From the human T2T-CHM13v2.0 reference genome, Homo sapiens, in NCBI RefSeq assembly GCF_009914755.1, contig NC_060931.1: a stretch of 64,000 bases of DNA. The stretch is one strand, 5' to 3'. Shown here one piece after another: positions 15,495-32,664 of this stretch. The translations under genes were made by a program, and so were the position numbers. The notes under the pieces are model-generated. The model did no database searches. It was given only the letters and a program-made list of their open reading frames with translations, and was not told the origin of the DNA. Position 1 is the stretch's first letter, and each line of letters starts with the position of its first letter.

Positions 15495-16821
15495 CTAGAG
15501 AATAAAACACAATCACATCATCAAAAAAGGAGGGTGAAAATGGACTGGGGACAAAGTAGACTACAGAATGAAAACAAAAGCTATCACTGTAAATCCTCAG
15601 ACCTGTTTGTTCTAAGGCAGTAATTGGGCACACAGCTTCAGTCAACGTGAAAGCTGCTGAGAATGGCTATGAACATTATGTTTTCCTTATACAGCAGATA
15701 AGAATCTCTGTCTTACAGAAAACCTTTTGGTGGTGTTGGTCCTCTGCAATGACCATCGTTCAGCAAGGTGCTCTAGGCCTGCTGCACTTTTGGCTTCCCT
15801 GTATCTTCAGCCCTTGATTTCCTCGAGTAATTCACTTTCAACCTGAATTTAATATAAGGACACCACCAAATCACTCTTCCTCTCCATACCTTTCCCTCTA
15901 CTTTCCCCAAGTGATTCTATTAATAGTTATTCCATTTTCAGCCCCAGGACACCCCCTGATTCTTCACTGGCGTTGGTTCCCTCTGAAGCCCATAGCAGCT
16001 TGGCTTTGGATTTGTTCTTCCACCCCACCTCCTCAGGATAACACAAGAAACTACCGGGAGGTGTTATCATGATCTTGTCAGTCCAGTAGTCTATTTTCAG
16101 CAGAAATGCCAAGATGATCATTGCTATAAATTATGTATTTAGGGATGTGTTCCCCAACATATGCCAATTTTTCATCACGGCTCAGTATTATGCTTTCATC
16201 CAAAATTTTCTTGTGACCTTTACAAAGGCTTCCTATCTATTCCTATTCTGGACCATCTTACCACTCACCTGTCATGTGAACTTCCCAAATAGCCTTCTGA
16301 TCAGAAACTAAATTAGCTAAATACTGCTATGCAAATGAAACCCAACTGGTAAAAGGTATCTACATAGTTTAACATTTTTAAGAGTTAAAAAATGTCTTAC
16401 AAAGAGGACATGTCAGTATGAATAGAATTGCCCACTTTCTGAACAAAGTGAGGAAGGAGTACAATGGTAAATTGTTTGGGGGGGAAATTGAGATTTTTAG
16501 GTCTGAGCAGGTATGCCATCGGAAACGGAACCAGAGTCACTGTGATCCAATGACCTAAATGGACATATAACTGCCTAGAGTAAAATCATCTAAATGTCTA
16601 ACAGAAAAGAAAAAAGTCAAAGCTAAAAACAAAAAGCCCACCACCCTGCACAACTCTCTGCCATAAACACAGACTTTGGTTCAAAGACACAAACAAAACC
16701 AAGAGAACTTCAATGTTTTGCCTGGAGCAGAATTTCTGGTAGAAGGGGACTTGCTGGTAAGAAGTGTGTTCTCAATTATAAATAAATGGTCCAACAACAA
16801 AGATATGTCTACTCTACACCC

Positions 16822-16826
<5 letters not shown>

Positions 16827-16859
<33 letters not shown>
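16827..16859. repeat. (CA)n microsatellite
   Basis: About 16 CA units. Confidence 0.95.
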
Positions 16860-16862
<3 letters not shown>

Positions 16863-16899
16863 CATAAGAGCAGGTTAATGGGAGCCTGGAGGATTTGAT

Positions 16900-17070
16900 C
16901 TCCTGCTCCTTTACAAGTCTTGTGACTTTGGGTTTCCTTACCCGTAAAATGGGGGTTAACACTTACTCCTCACTCACAGGGTTAGGAGAATCAATGAACA
17001 AATCCACTAAAGCACTCACAACAGTGCCTATTTTTACATGCTTAATAAATGTCAGCTATTATTATAAAAA
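16900..17070 (+). mobile_element. MIR
   Basis: gtttccttacccgtaaaatgggg...cactcaacacagtgcc...cttaataaatgtcagctattatt. Confidence 0.65.
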
Positions 17071-17699
17071 GAACTGACTGAAGAAAGAACTTATCATCTG
17101 CCCTAAAAAAAAAAAAAAGATACGAAATTTCCCAAATACATGCTGCTGAAGTGTCTTTTGCTCAATCATTACTTCCTGGCTGATAGAGTTAACTCACCTA
17201 CATACAATTCCCCAGACTAAAAATATATAGTTCCTAGCTGGGTTTTTTTCAAGGTTATTAAACAAACAGGAAGTAAGTCTATAAAAACCTGCCATGGGAA
17301 ATTTCATCTTTTACTCTACATAGCAAGGAATCTATAAATACTCTTTGATGAGAATGAGTCTATATTTTGATAGAAATCACCATTTATTTGCATTAAGGAT
17401 ACTAGATAAACTATTAACTAAAAGACAAATTCAAATAATCTATTAAACAGGTAGAAAAAATACCTCTTATTCCTAAATCTGATACCATGAATGGCTACTT
17501 CTCAGAATTTGCTGGTTTCTCCTACTATCAGAGTATGGTGCTCTATATAAAACTGAAGAGACTGCCCAAGGGTGCATTACCCAGAGAAAATTATGAACAC
17601 TTTCTCATCAGTTGCACCTTTCAAGGATCACTTTTACTTTTTGCCCCAGCTAAATCATCTAAGGCAATCCTGACATTTGCATCACTAAATAGCTAACTA

Positions 17700-17936
<237 letters not shown>

Positions 17937-18670
17937 TCACTCATCACCGTATGCAAAAACTTGCAGAAAGATACGTGGCAAGGGCTGTACTGGGCATCTC
18001 ACTGACTCTCAACCCTCACAACCACCTTATTACCCTACTATATAGACAAGGAAATGGAAGTATTAACAGCGAAGTTATAGCTGTTTGCACTGAAAAAGAC
18101 CACCACTGAGTTGTTTTTCCATTTTTCATTTGTTAAATAGTGTATATATTTAAAGTCGGTGTGAATAAAGGGTCTGGATGGAACAATATCCATGGTCCTT
18201 GACCATTCCAATAGCCCCTAGTTCTAAACACTCCCTTAATACCCAAGCTTCATGTGCAGTCTCATTAAACAATTATAAAAATCTACTATGTTTATGCTAC
18301 ATTCCTTTAATCTGAAGACTAAAACCCTCCTAACTCTGACGATTTCTGGTGCCCAAAAATTATTTGGGTAGCTCCTTCTAGATTCCTCTTACAATCTGTG
18401 CCAACTTTAATACAACTTAATTTAAATGATCAAAGAAGAAAAAAATAAAATTCAGGTTCCTTTAATACAACTTTGCCTGCCTCACACACACAGACACACA
18501 ACACCCAGGCGACTGACTGGCCACTGGCACAGGGCCAGGTATGGGGCTCAATAAATACTTGTCAAATTGATGAGTTTCGTCAAGTAAACAAGGGAGTGCT
18601 CCCATGTTCTTATTTTTGATTTTTTAAATTGCTAACCAAAGACCTATTTAGTTCTCATGCAATTGCATCA

Positions 18671-18829
<159 letters not shown>

Positions 18830-19279
18830 TCATGCAGGCCAATGAATCCAGGGAGATGGAAACGATCATACACAATTAACACGAGTACATTCTTCCCTAC
18901 TACCTGTGGAGTGTAGCTGGCCTGCCTTTACTGAATGCATAACATTACACATATTCCGGTTTCCACAACGATGGCAAAAAATACTCTCCCACCCCCAAGT
19001 GCTTATGAGTTCCATCTAAAGCACGGCTACATCTCAGTCCCATCCCAAAGCACTTCTCCTTCAACTGACTCGGACTCACACCTTCCAGTCAGCCTCCACT
19101 TTACAGAAGAGAATTGACTGGGGATTCATCAGTAGACGTCCTCCATTCAAATTGGTTTAACATACAGAAGGCAATTATATTAGAATAACCCAAGCTCTAA
19201 TCCAGTTACTATTCTAAAACAAATGAAAACAAAGCAGATATTGTTAAGCTAATAATGAGAGGAATGGAAAGATGCTAAC

Positions 19280-19320
19280 CCTTTTTCAGCTGTATCTTTC
19301 TGCAGTGTGCAGCCCACAAC
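19280..19320 (-). CDS. EZH2: EZH2 exon 13 (LWAAHCRKIQLKK), automethylation loop
   Basis: 41 nt, cag| acceptor and |gttag donor. Confidence 0.97.
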
Positions 19321-20456
19321 CTGCAAAAACACAAAGAAAATTAAACCAAATTTCTGCGGGAAGCTACAAATCCAACAGAGAGCTGCTTAACTGGATCTAT
19401 CTGTGCCATGAATACAGGAATGCGTTAAAGCCAAGAGTCATGCCCTGCCCAGTTTATATTTGCCATCAGTTTGAAGCAACTCAAACAGCTTGATGGCTCA
19501 GGCTGCCCCAGGTGTGGCAAGACGTCATTTCCTGTGTTCATCCATGACTCCTGGTCAGAACTCCTGAGCTCCCAATGCTGCACAAAGCAGCAGGTGTGTC
19601 TGCCTGTTGATTTATTCTGATGTGGATGACACTGATCACTTCCTCTTATTTCAGGCATCATAAACCAAGCAAGTGAACTACGTGGTCAGAAATAATTCAA
19701 CCAAAATTTCAGAAGCATCTCCTAAAGCCTAAAAAATAAAAATAAAAACTTGACTTTAAAAAAATTCTAAATTGGGTTGGCCCTACACTTATTTTTGTTA
19801 AAGTAAGAAAATGTAACATGAGCCTGTACACAATTTAAGAAGCATAATCTAACTGCACCCTTACCTACCCAATTAGGTTTCTCATTTTTAAAAATGTGAG
19901 GTAGAGGTATGGGGAGATTAGAGCAGATAGTCCACTCATCAATTTTTCTGGTTCTACATTTACAAATCAAATCAGCCTGAAAACATTCGCTAAGGTGAAA
20001 ATAACATTCACACAAGCTTAAAGTAGGGTACCCATTAGGAGTATCGGAATGCAATGCCACACAACTTAGAAATTCAAGCTCCTGGAATAAAAGATACTTC
20101 TAAAAACTGGCCCAGAGCTCACATCAGAAACACAGAACATTTCATGATGTTAAAGTAATTGTTTACGTAACCTTTACTGCAAAAGCTACTAAATATGTTT
20201 TTCTTAACCCAAATGCAGTCTGGTAACCGTAATTTTTATGACTCTTAACATACCAAATATACTGAAGGCTGCTGTATTCTTATAGAAAAATACTAGCAAT
20301 TCCCAGTGGAAATAAGATTCCATAGTTCTGTTTTTGATGGCAGTTTAAGGTTTTTTAAAAATAGACTAAGTAGAAACCAACAACAGCCCTTAGGAAGGGC
20401 CTTGCCTGCAGTGTCTATCTATGTTGACTTCTCTAAGGAGCTTCATGACAGACTCA

Positions 20457-20594
<138 letters not shown>

Positions 20595-20953
20595 TTAGGC
20601 AAACCATTCTTATACTCATGCATACCAGAAAAATGTCTTTGTCTCTTCTGTGACACTGCTAGATGCTGGGGATATAACACACATCGCTGTCCCTACCCTC
20701 ACATTAGGGGTAGCTGTAATTATATTCTGGTCAAGAACTGTGATGCTAAATTTCAATTCTTACTAGCTTTTAAAAGCTACTGCTATCTAACCTTAAAAGT
20801 CTACATTGGGGAAATTCTGTAACATACCTGGAGAATAATTTTCATTCAATTCCCTCTTGGGAAGAAAAAAAAATTATTTTTAGGAGATGAATAGGAGCTT
20901 AGTAATAACCAAGAATTTTCTTTGTTTGGACAACGAGTACAGTTTTATCTCTA

Positions 20954-21190
<237 letters not shown>

Positions 21191-21582
21191 TCAAGAAATG
21201 ATTGGAAATAATATTAAGAAGTACAATTCAGGGTGTGCTTAAGAAAAAAGCGAAAAGATGAGGACAACTCAAATCCAATCGGCAAAACACTAACCCATCG
21301 TAGTTCACATTTTCCAACAAAACTACTCACAGAACGTCAAGAATATTAAACCAAATGATCCAAATTTCATTATTCCCTACCTGAGAAAGATCGAAAAAAG
21401 AAAATGGCACAAAGAATGAGAATAAAGTGCATCATCAGCTTTCAAACAACCAAGCAGGGCAAACACCACAAGCTAGGGTACGGGTGCAGGCAGGAAACAG
21501 AAACAACACAGCTACACATTCTTGAGATAACTCTGGTCTTTATACTGAAACTAACCAACTAAGAAAATTATTCAATGCATTA

Positions 21583-21891
<309 letters not shown>

Positions 21892-22751
21892 CTACGAAAT
21901 GAAAAATGTCAACATCAGGGCAAAGTTCTAAAACTCATTTTGATGGAAGAGAAAAAAAAATACTATATAAGCCAGGTTAGTCAAAAAATGTATCACATTA
22001 TCCATTTATCACAAATAATCATTTGCATGTCTAATATACTTGTTTTGATATGCTTTTGATAGTCTGAAAATTTCAGAAAGAGAAATATGGGTTCTATATA
22101 TTCCTAGAATGGTACAAAAATCAGGCAAGACAGTTCTATATTGTGAATTTGTAAAATATATTAGCTAGTTATAATTAAGTTAAAATATAAGAAGATAAAG
22201 TATGAAATATACTTCATGTAATAAAGGTAATTATCTCTATGGACATACAGTCTATTTAAAAGTGAATCTTTACAAAAGAATCATATACCTAATGTGCACG
22301 GAGTCAGACTACCTATGCAGAGTTTAAGATAATGCATACCTCTTCGTGTTAATATTTCAACTATACAAGAACACAAAACACAAACATGCTTGACTTTGTC
22401 ACTTCCTGTCTTACTATTAAAACATCCAACATTTTTTTTTTTCCTGTGAAGGATACACAGCCACAGGAAGACATGAAAGGAACTTCAGGAATAAGACTGT
22501 GAGGGTTACATCTTGCATTATGAAGTACAATAATCCAGTCTCAAAGTATAAAACAATGGTAAGAGCATGGTTTATAGAGACCACAGAAACATTTTAGATG
22601 AGCCAAACAAAATTCTGCCTTGTAAAGAATATTATAAAACAAGTGCTCAAGAATTCCATTTTTTTAGTGGAAATAGAAGGGAGAAGTTTGACAGCAGCCA
22701 ACAGTTTTATACTTCATTCTACAAAAACCAAATTGCTTAAAAATAGGATAC

Positions 22752-22833
22752 CTTCTGCAGGTGCCATTCAATGAATCTTCTGTCCAAAATCCAACAGGCA
22801 ATATATACCCATTTAGTTCCTAGGTAGGAGTGG
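22752..22833 (-). other. EZH2: EZH2 poison cassette exon between exons 9 and 10
   Basis: Pyrimidine tract + ccaag| acceptor, AAG|gtatcc donor, 82 nt, in-frame TAA at codon 7; fits the known SRSF2-mutant poison exon. Confidence 0.85.
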
Positions 22834-23369
22834 CTTGGTTCAAAGAGGGGAAATGGTAAAAATAAGAGAGTACCCGTAAAAACAACTTTTCTACCTCATA
22901 TTTTCCTAACCCCTTACCTGTTCTCCATCATTTAAAAAAAAAAAATCTGTGGAACCTATCACATAGCTGAAATGACAGTGCATCTAAAACTCAAGTAGAG
23001 GGATATGGCTATGAGAGGGGCTTGGGATCTACTGCGTATGATTACTGCATGCCTGCTTTCTAAGCGGACTATCTGTGCCTTGCAACTCTCATAGACTTTG
23101 TGGAAGGCATAAAAGTCCTTGATCCTAAAGACCTTGAAATGTTGCTGAAGAGATAACACAGATTTTAAAAAGAATAATACCACATTAATGAAGGACTAAA
23201 ATGTGCAGTACATGAGCTATGGAAGAAACAGCATGGGTGAGAAAGCTCTGTCTATCATATGGCCCATAACAGCATGGGTGCAGACAACATTAACGCTGAC
23301 TTGATCACCTCCACCAAAGTGCAAAGTCCTCTCAAGTACCCTCTGCAATAATTAGGCACTAAGTCTTAC

Positions 23370-23461
23370 CAAATGCTGGTAACACTGTGGTCCACAAGGT
23401 TTGTTGTCTAGAGCTGTTTCTGTGTTCTTCCGCTTATAAGTGTTGGGTGTTGCATGAAAAG
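23370..23461 (-). CDS. EZH2: EZH2 exon 9 ([30 protein letters not shown])
   Basis: 92 nt, AG/GT boundaries. Confidence 0.98.
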
Positions 23462-24787
23462 CTGCAAAATAAATGAAACAAAGAATCTAATATAACTATA
23501 AAATACTTACTTTTTCACTCTTCCAGTTCCACTGGAAAAGTCAATTAATGGATTATAATCTTGCTAATATGTGGTTTACGTTACTTCATACAACTTTCCT
23601 TCAGGCTCTTACTGAATGATCACAACGTATTCTCCATTCCTCCTCCTCCAACCATTAAGCAGGAAGGAAAAACAGTAAATTCTGGAATGAGTCGTGATTT
23701 CTCATTTTTCTCCTTGCAAGTAAAACTGATGCGCATAACTATGGTTATAAACATTTACTTAAATTGAATCTTACTATCTCTGTCTAAGCAGTTGATAGAC
23801 CCTCTACAATTAAATCAGATTTCCTATTTTTAATTCTGACATACAATTTCTTGATTTCTAAAGAAAGGTCAGCAATCAGCTTGTCACCAGTTGTAAAAAC
23901 TCATTTTTAATGATAAAGAGGACAGCCCCAGATTACTAACATTCAATTCCTGTGAATCATACCCAATCCAAGAACCTGGTGAGAGCTTATAGTGTCTTGC
24001 CACAGAAAATTACAATGTCAAAAAAACGGATTTTAGAAAGATACACTGTTTGAAACCTAAAATTCCAAAATAATGTAACAGAAAGATTCAAATGCGGGTA
24101 CACTGCTACATGAAAAGAGTGTGAACATTGACAGCAGTGCTAACTTCACAGAATTTCTTGCAAAAACTTACTTCCTCATATACAAAAGGGAAATGCTGGA
24201 AATGGACTATTCAGAATTATACAAGATGAAAATTAATTTGGAGAAAAACAAGTGACATTTCCACAAAACAAATCATCTTTTAAATATTTGTAAAAAGCCA
24301 TATTTAAAGACTGAGAAAAGGAAGGAAAAAAAAAAAAAAGGACAAAGTTGTGTTTTTAAAGAAGAAAAATTCAAGGCTCAGATTCTGTTGGAAGCGTGTG
24401 AGCAATTAGGCTCCAGACAGCCTAACACCAATACTAATCTGGTGCTGGATTACGTTTGTTAAGGAACCCTAATACAACTGTTTTTCTGTTTATGAGTTAA
24501 ACTAACATTGTAGCTGGTTCTCTGAAGAAAAAAATACATAATTTAAAATACAAAAACCACTTCTTAACAAAAAAGTGACAATGAAATATATAGAGAACAA
24601 GAATATTAACAAAAATAAAACGAACATTAGAGAACACATAAACTTCATACAAATAAATCTCAAAACCTGGATGTAAAGAATAATTTTCTAAAACTCATCC
24701 AGAAGAGACAGAACATTTATCTCTATCTACCAGCACTACTAATTTTTAAACTGTACTGAAACTACAAGCTAAAGTAGGTAGAAAAGA

Positions 24788-24848
24788 CAGTTACAGCTCT
24801 TTTAGAATTTGTCTAGCAGGCTTTCTGGTTTTTATCAGAAAGCCTCCC
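24788..24848 (+). pseudogene. RNU7-20P: U7 snRNA retropseudogene, antisense to EZH2
   Basis: cagttacagctcttttagaatttgtctagcaggctttctggtttttatcagaaagcc matches U7 including the Sm site AATTTGTCTAG (24806-24816) and 3' hairpin; 18-bp TSD taaagtaggtagaaaaga at 24770-24787 and 24885-24902. U7 identity is sequence-based; the symbol is from memory. Confidence 0.9.
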
Positions 24849-25270
24849 CACTCCCCTCCCCCGCCCAACCAAAAAATAAATAAATAAAGTAGGTAGAAAA
24901 GAGAAAGAAGCTTCAGTTATAAAGACTGGATAGAAGGTAAAACCATTAATAACTACAGACAGTATAATTACACAGCTGGAAAACTCCTAAGAATGTACTG
25001 AGAAACTGATAAAACATGAAGACAATGCAGTAAGGTAGCAGGGTACAAAACAGAAGACAAAATGTGGAAAAAGCCCAACAGCAGCAGCAAGTTTAATACC
25101 TAGAAATACTCAACAAAAAATGTACAAGAGTCACATAAAGAAAACTTGGGAGATAATTAAAGGACACAAAAAGAGAGGTGATGGTATGGTTAGTTAGACT
25201 TAACCCTTATATTTTAAAAAGAAATTAGGTAATTTATAAATTTAATGGGATTCCAATAAACATACCACTA

Positions 25271-25650
<380 letters not shown>

Positions 25651-25997
25651 TTTATATAGAAAAACAAGAATTGCCAGGAGATCTCTGAATACCGCCTCAT
25701 GAATAGACTAAAGGAACACAATGTTGAGAAACCCAAATACATATGGCAACAGGCAATGAAGGAAATATCTCAAGGTAGTGAAAGATGAACTTTTCAGTAA
25801 ATGAAACAACTAGGCAACTTTGGAAGTGAGGAGGAGGATCAGATTTATAATCCACATCATATTAAATTCCAAATGGATCAAAGATTTATGTTTTTAAAAA
25901 TGAAGCCTAAAACATACTAGAAAAAGTGAGAAACGCTTTATAATCTTGGAATGGGAAAGCTAACTGATAAATTCAACTACTTTTTAAAAAATGTTTA

Positions 25998-26319
<322 letters not shown>

Positions 26320-26433
26320 TTACCAAATAAACTTGAAAAAAATTGCAACTCATATTTCAAAAAACCTAATTTCCTGATTATATAAAAAGCTCCTAAGACA
26401 TCAAAAAGATCTATGAGACCAAGAATAAAAATA

Positions 26434-26731
26434 GGCCAGGCGCAGTGGCTCACACCAGTAATCCTAGCACTGTGAGAGGCTGAGGTGGGTGGATTACCTA
26501 AGGTCAGGAGTTTGAGACCAGCCTGGCCAACATGGTGAAACCCTGTTTCTACTAAAAATAAAAATATGAGCCAGGTGAGGTGGTGCGCGCCTGTAATCCC
26601 AGCTACTCAGAAGGCTGAGGCAGGAGAATCACTTGAATCCAGGAGGCAGAGGTCGCCGTGAGCCAAGACTGCACCACTGCACTCCAGCCTGGGCGACAGA
26701 GCGAGACCCGTCTCACAAAATCAAAAAAACA
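26434..26731 (+). mobile_element. AluS
   Basis: Dimer with TSD aagaataaaaatag. Confidence 0.93.
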
Positions 26732-27361
26732 AAGAATAAAAATAGTTCACTCTTCAACATATAGGAAGATCCTACCCTCATTCAAAGGAATTAAATCCAG
26801 ATATTAAAACAATGCTTATCACCTGTGGGAAGCAGAGATTAAAAAACAAAGAAAAACAAGAATTTAAAAATAATGCTAAAAGCCATTTTTCACTTATAAA
26901 ATCAATTTTAAAAATTAGTTTGGTAACACCTTCTATGGGCAGGGCTCTCTGACTTTGCTGGTAGGGCTTTAAAGTGCTGCATCCCCATATGGCAGGTCAT
27001 TTGGCAATACCTAAATAGAGTTTATCAGGTAAACTTAAACTTGCATGAAATGGGTACAGATATTTGCTGTGGCATCGTTACAGCATAAGGCTCAAAATAA
27101 TCCAAATGGTCACCATTAGAGACCAGTCCAGTAAGTTCTGGAACCTCCTACAGCACAGGCTATGCAGCTATACAGATAAAGCTAATAGCTACAATATTAA
27201 ATCCTATCCTTATTCCAAAAAAAGGGAAAAGCCTGAATGCTATGCCACCATGTAAATAAGACGGTCAGAAAAAAGGGTATCTTTATACTTGTCAAAGAAA
27301 CTGTAAAAAAAATACGAGAACCAATAAAAGTGGTTAACTACTAATAAAAGTGGAAGAGTGA

Positions 27362-27588
<227 letters not shown>

Positions 27589-27796
27589 ACATCTTCATAT
27601 TAATACTTTTTGGAAACGTAAACCATGTGAATGATGACCTATTTTAAAAACAACAATAGCTAACAAGAGCCAGGTACCATTTTAAGTATCTTCCCCACAT
27701 TAATTCATCTAATCCTCACAACAGCTCTGTAAAGGAAGTACTACCGTATCCCCAAGATAAGAGACCAGAAAACTAAAGCACAAAATGCTATATTCA

Positions 27797-28437
<641 letters not shown>

Positions 28438-30129
28438 TATATATTTAATGATTTATTTAGTAACTTATTTTACCTAAGAAAAATATACCATGTGTGGTAT
28501 TTTGTCGAAGTTAACGTAAAACAATGAAGTTCCTACAGAACTCAATAGGACTGAATGATGAAGACACTGGCTCTACTGTAAAAAGAAGTAAAAGTGGGCC
28601 TAGCACAGTTGGACCCATGGCCACCAAATGCTACAAGGAGGCAGCCAATTAGCCCCATGAAAGCCAACTTTATTAAAGTAAAATATTCCACTGTTCTCCC
28701 CAGCTAGAATGAGGTAAGTAACAGGTTCAAGATTCAAGTTAACAAAAAAAAAAATTACTCATCTCTGAATGGCACAATAAAAAACTTGTAATGTTTAAAA
28801 GTAGTGTCCTACTTCTATGGTTCATTTTTACAGCAAAAAAACTTTATTAAATGCTACATCTATAAACAACAAATTGGAAGGACCTTTCAGCGACTCCAAA
28901 ATAGTGCTTCCACTCAATTCTTTTGCTATAGTGATATCTACATACAATGTCCAATAGTCTTAATAAAAACTCGATGTAATTCATAAATTCATGGTGTGTA
29001 AAGGGAAATTAAAATGAAATTCAAGACAACTATTTCAAGGGCTTAACTGTCCAATGGCTGAAGCAACAAATGGATGACTTACTACGAATTTTTAAAACTA
29101 CCAAATCAATTTAAACTAGATGAGGAGTTAGAACAAGAGCAAGGAGGTAACAATATAATGATAATTCTAAAAATCTACTTCAAGTTTTTCTATTTTAAGA
29201 TAACTAAACCACTAATATGTCACACACAAAAACAAAACTTAACATTTCCAGACCAATGTATTACATCACTCAACACATTATTAGCTGCAGCAAAAACAAG
29301 TAGAGCAAACACTTAGGAGGAGGTGAGGTACAGCTGCTTGGGCAAGCTTAAAAAGACGTTATCATTGGTGAACGAGGAGGAATAAATCTGTCAATGGTAG
29401 GCACAGGAACTCAAAACAACAAAGCAATGTGGGGCCGTTGAGTACAGGGGAAAACGATTTTACAATGGGTCAAAGCCCCTAAAGAAATTACCATGCCATA
29501 GACAGACGTACTAAAATACAATATAGGAAAAACCAAACTATAATAAGCAAACTACTCTAGGAAAATTAGGAAGTATTAAATACATTTTCAAAATATGTGC
29601 CTCAAAAGTAGTTGACGCTTTTAAACTGTGCTTAGAAGTTTCAATTACCAGGAAAATTTACTAAGAAACCACATTCCCTAGAAATGCCAGAGGAAAAAAG
29701 TATTTTTGTATATACCATACTTACATTTTCACTAAGAACATTTTACGTTTTACTTGTATTCAAATGCAGGTATTTTTAAAAAACAACTTACCCAGAGGGC
29801 AAAAAAATAAAATAAAATAAAATAAAATTACATTAAATCGACAAGCACTTACCTGAACATTTTTTTGGCCAATTTCTTATTTAACACAATTTATTCATCA
29901 ATATCAGCAATGTTGCTCTGGGCTACCAGTTCATAATAATAGTTTTATTGTAAAACAACTGCTTAGTTAGCACTTACGGGGGAAAAAAAAAAAAATCACT
30001 GACCTGAATTCCATGTTAGTGGAAAATAGTAGTCCAAATGAAATACATGCAAAAGATTTCAGAGCAATCCTCAAGCAACAAAGTAAAAATAATAATACTG
30101 AGATCTAAAGATATTTGTCAAAGTAACTA

Positions 30130-30501
<372 letters not shown>

Positions 30502-30936
30502 TTATCTTGCCTAAAACATAAAGGAATGGCTCTATTTAGATAAAGAGCCAACTAAATATTGTGCATGGTGTTATCAAGAATCAAATTCATCGATATGATT
30601 CAAATATATCATGGAAAAGGATATTATATTAGTTTTAACTAAACATCAAATTTCTACCAGTATCCAGATAATTTTCCTGTAAATGTACTACTGTAAATTT
30701 TATGTATATGTGTGTGTTTATGTGTATATATAAATTATACATATGTATTTATTCTATCTACAGGAAATATTTTGTAATGCAGAGTACCACAAGTACACAT
30801 GTTGCTTCAAGTATCTTGCAAACACTGTAAACAAAGTGTAGTGGCTCATCCGCTACATTGATTCCATTTGTAATAAACCAAAATGGTGAGTTACATACCA
30901 TACAGGGCAAGATTGCCTCAAAGGAACAAATTCTTA

Positions 30937-31122
<186 letters not shown>

Positions 31123-31608
31123 CTATAACAAAGCTGATTTTCTAAGAAATCATCTCTATTTTGTGTTTTACTTACTTCTCACATACTTTACATGTCTGTG
31201 GAATGCCAGTCAGTCAAAAACAAAATTCAAATTCAAATATGAAAAGCTTTAAGAGCACTGGGAAGCAGAAAACCTAGGTTCTACTCCCAGCTCTGCTACT
31301 AACTGATTTTGTGACTTAGAGTGATCACTTTACCTCTTGGGTCTGTTTACTCATCTGTAAAATGAAGGAGCTGAACTAGATGATCAATAAGGTCAATAAG
31401 GTACCTTTTTGTTATTTTCTCTTTTTTGAAATACGCTTCTTAGAAATTGCTATTTCACCCGCCAAATTATTCTATTCTATGCTGCCTTAGCATGAGCTTT
31501 GCCAAGTAGAGAACACCAACTATTGACTCTGTTTCTTCCCAATAGTGTAATCTTATAAGTTACTTAACCTCTCTAAATCTATCCCCTCAAATAGAAAATG
31601 GATCTGAC

Positions 31609-31897
31609 AGGTGGGGCGCAGTGGCTCACGCCTGTAATCCTAGCACTTTGGGAGGCCGAGGCAGGTGGATCACGAGGTCAGGAGATAGAGACCATCCTGG
31701 CTAACACGGTGAAACCCCGTCTCTACTAAAAAATACAAAAAATTAGCTGGGTGTGGTGGCAGGTGCCTATAGTCCCAGCTACTCGGGAGGCTGAGGCAGG
31801 AGAATGGCGTGAACCCAGGAGGCGAAGCTTGCAGTAAGCTGAGATGGGGCCACTGTACTCTAGCCTGGGCGACAGAGCGAGACTCCGTCTCGAAAAA
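31609..31897 (+). mobile_element. AluY inserted in a MIR (about 31555-32005)
   Basis: TSD agaaaatggatctga; MIR core on both sides. Confidence 0.92.
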
Positions 31898-32112
31898 GAA
31901 AATGGATCTGATAATAACATCCATCTCATGAAGCCATTATGAGGATTAAGTGAGCTGGTGCATAAGAAGTGATTAGTACACAACTTGTACACGGTGAATA
32001 TCAATGTTATATATTATAATGATGCCCAGTGAAGCACACAAAAAATTACGTTCTTTGCTAGCCAAAGGAAACAAAGATACTCAAGTGAAGATAATGTTGC
32101 AAGTATTATGCT

Positions 32113-32361
32113 TTTTTTTTTCTTTTTTAAGGCAAGGTCTCACTCTGTCACCCAGCCAGACTGTGCAGTGGCACAATCACAGCTCAATGCAGCCTACACC
32201 TCCTGGGCTCAAGCAATCACCCTGTCTCATTTTTTTACTTTTTAGTAGAGATGGGGTCTCACTATGTTGCCCAGGTTGGTCTTGAACTCCTGGGCTCAAG
32301 CAATCTGCCCACCTTAGCCTCCCAAGTGCTAGGATTACAGAGTTAGCCACCCTACCTGGCC
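32113..32361 (-). mobile_element. AluJ (internally deleted)
   Basis: Reverse Alu. Confidence 0.88.
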
Positions 32362-32499
32362 ATAATATGTTAATTTTGATTATACTGCTATCAATGTGAT
32401 ATTTAACAAAGAAAGAAAAAGAGAAAGAAGAAACTAAGCCCTATTTCTACTCTTTCTACTGTTTTTGAAAGAAAGCTGTAATGGCTACACAGAATCCTA

Positions 32500-32664
<165 letters not shown>

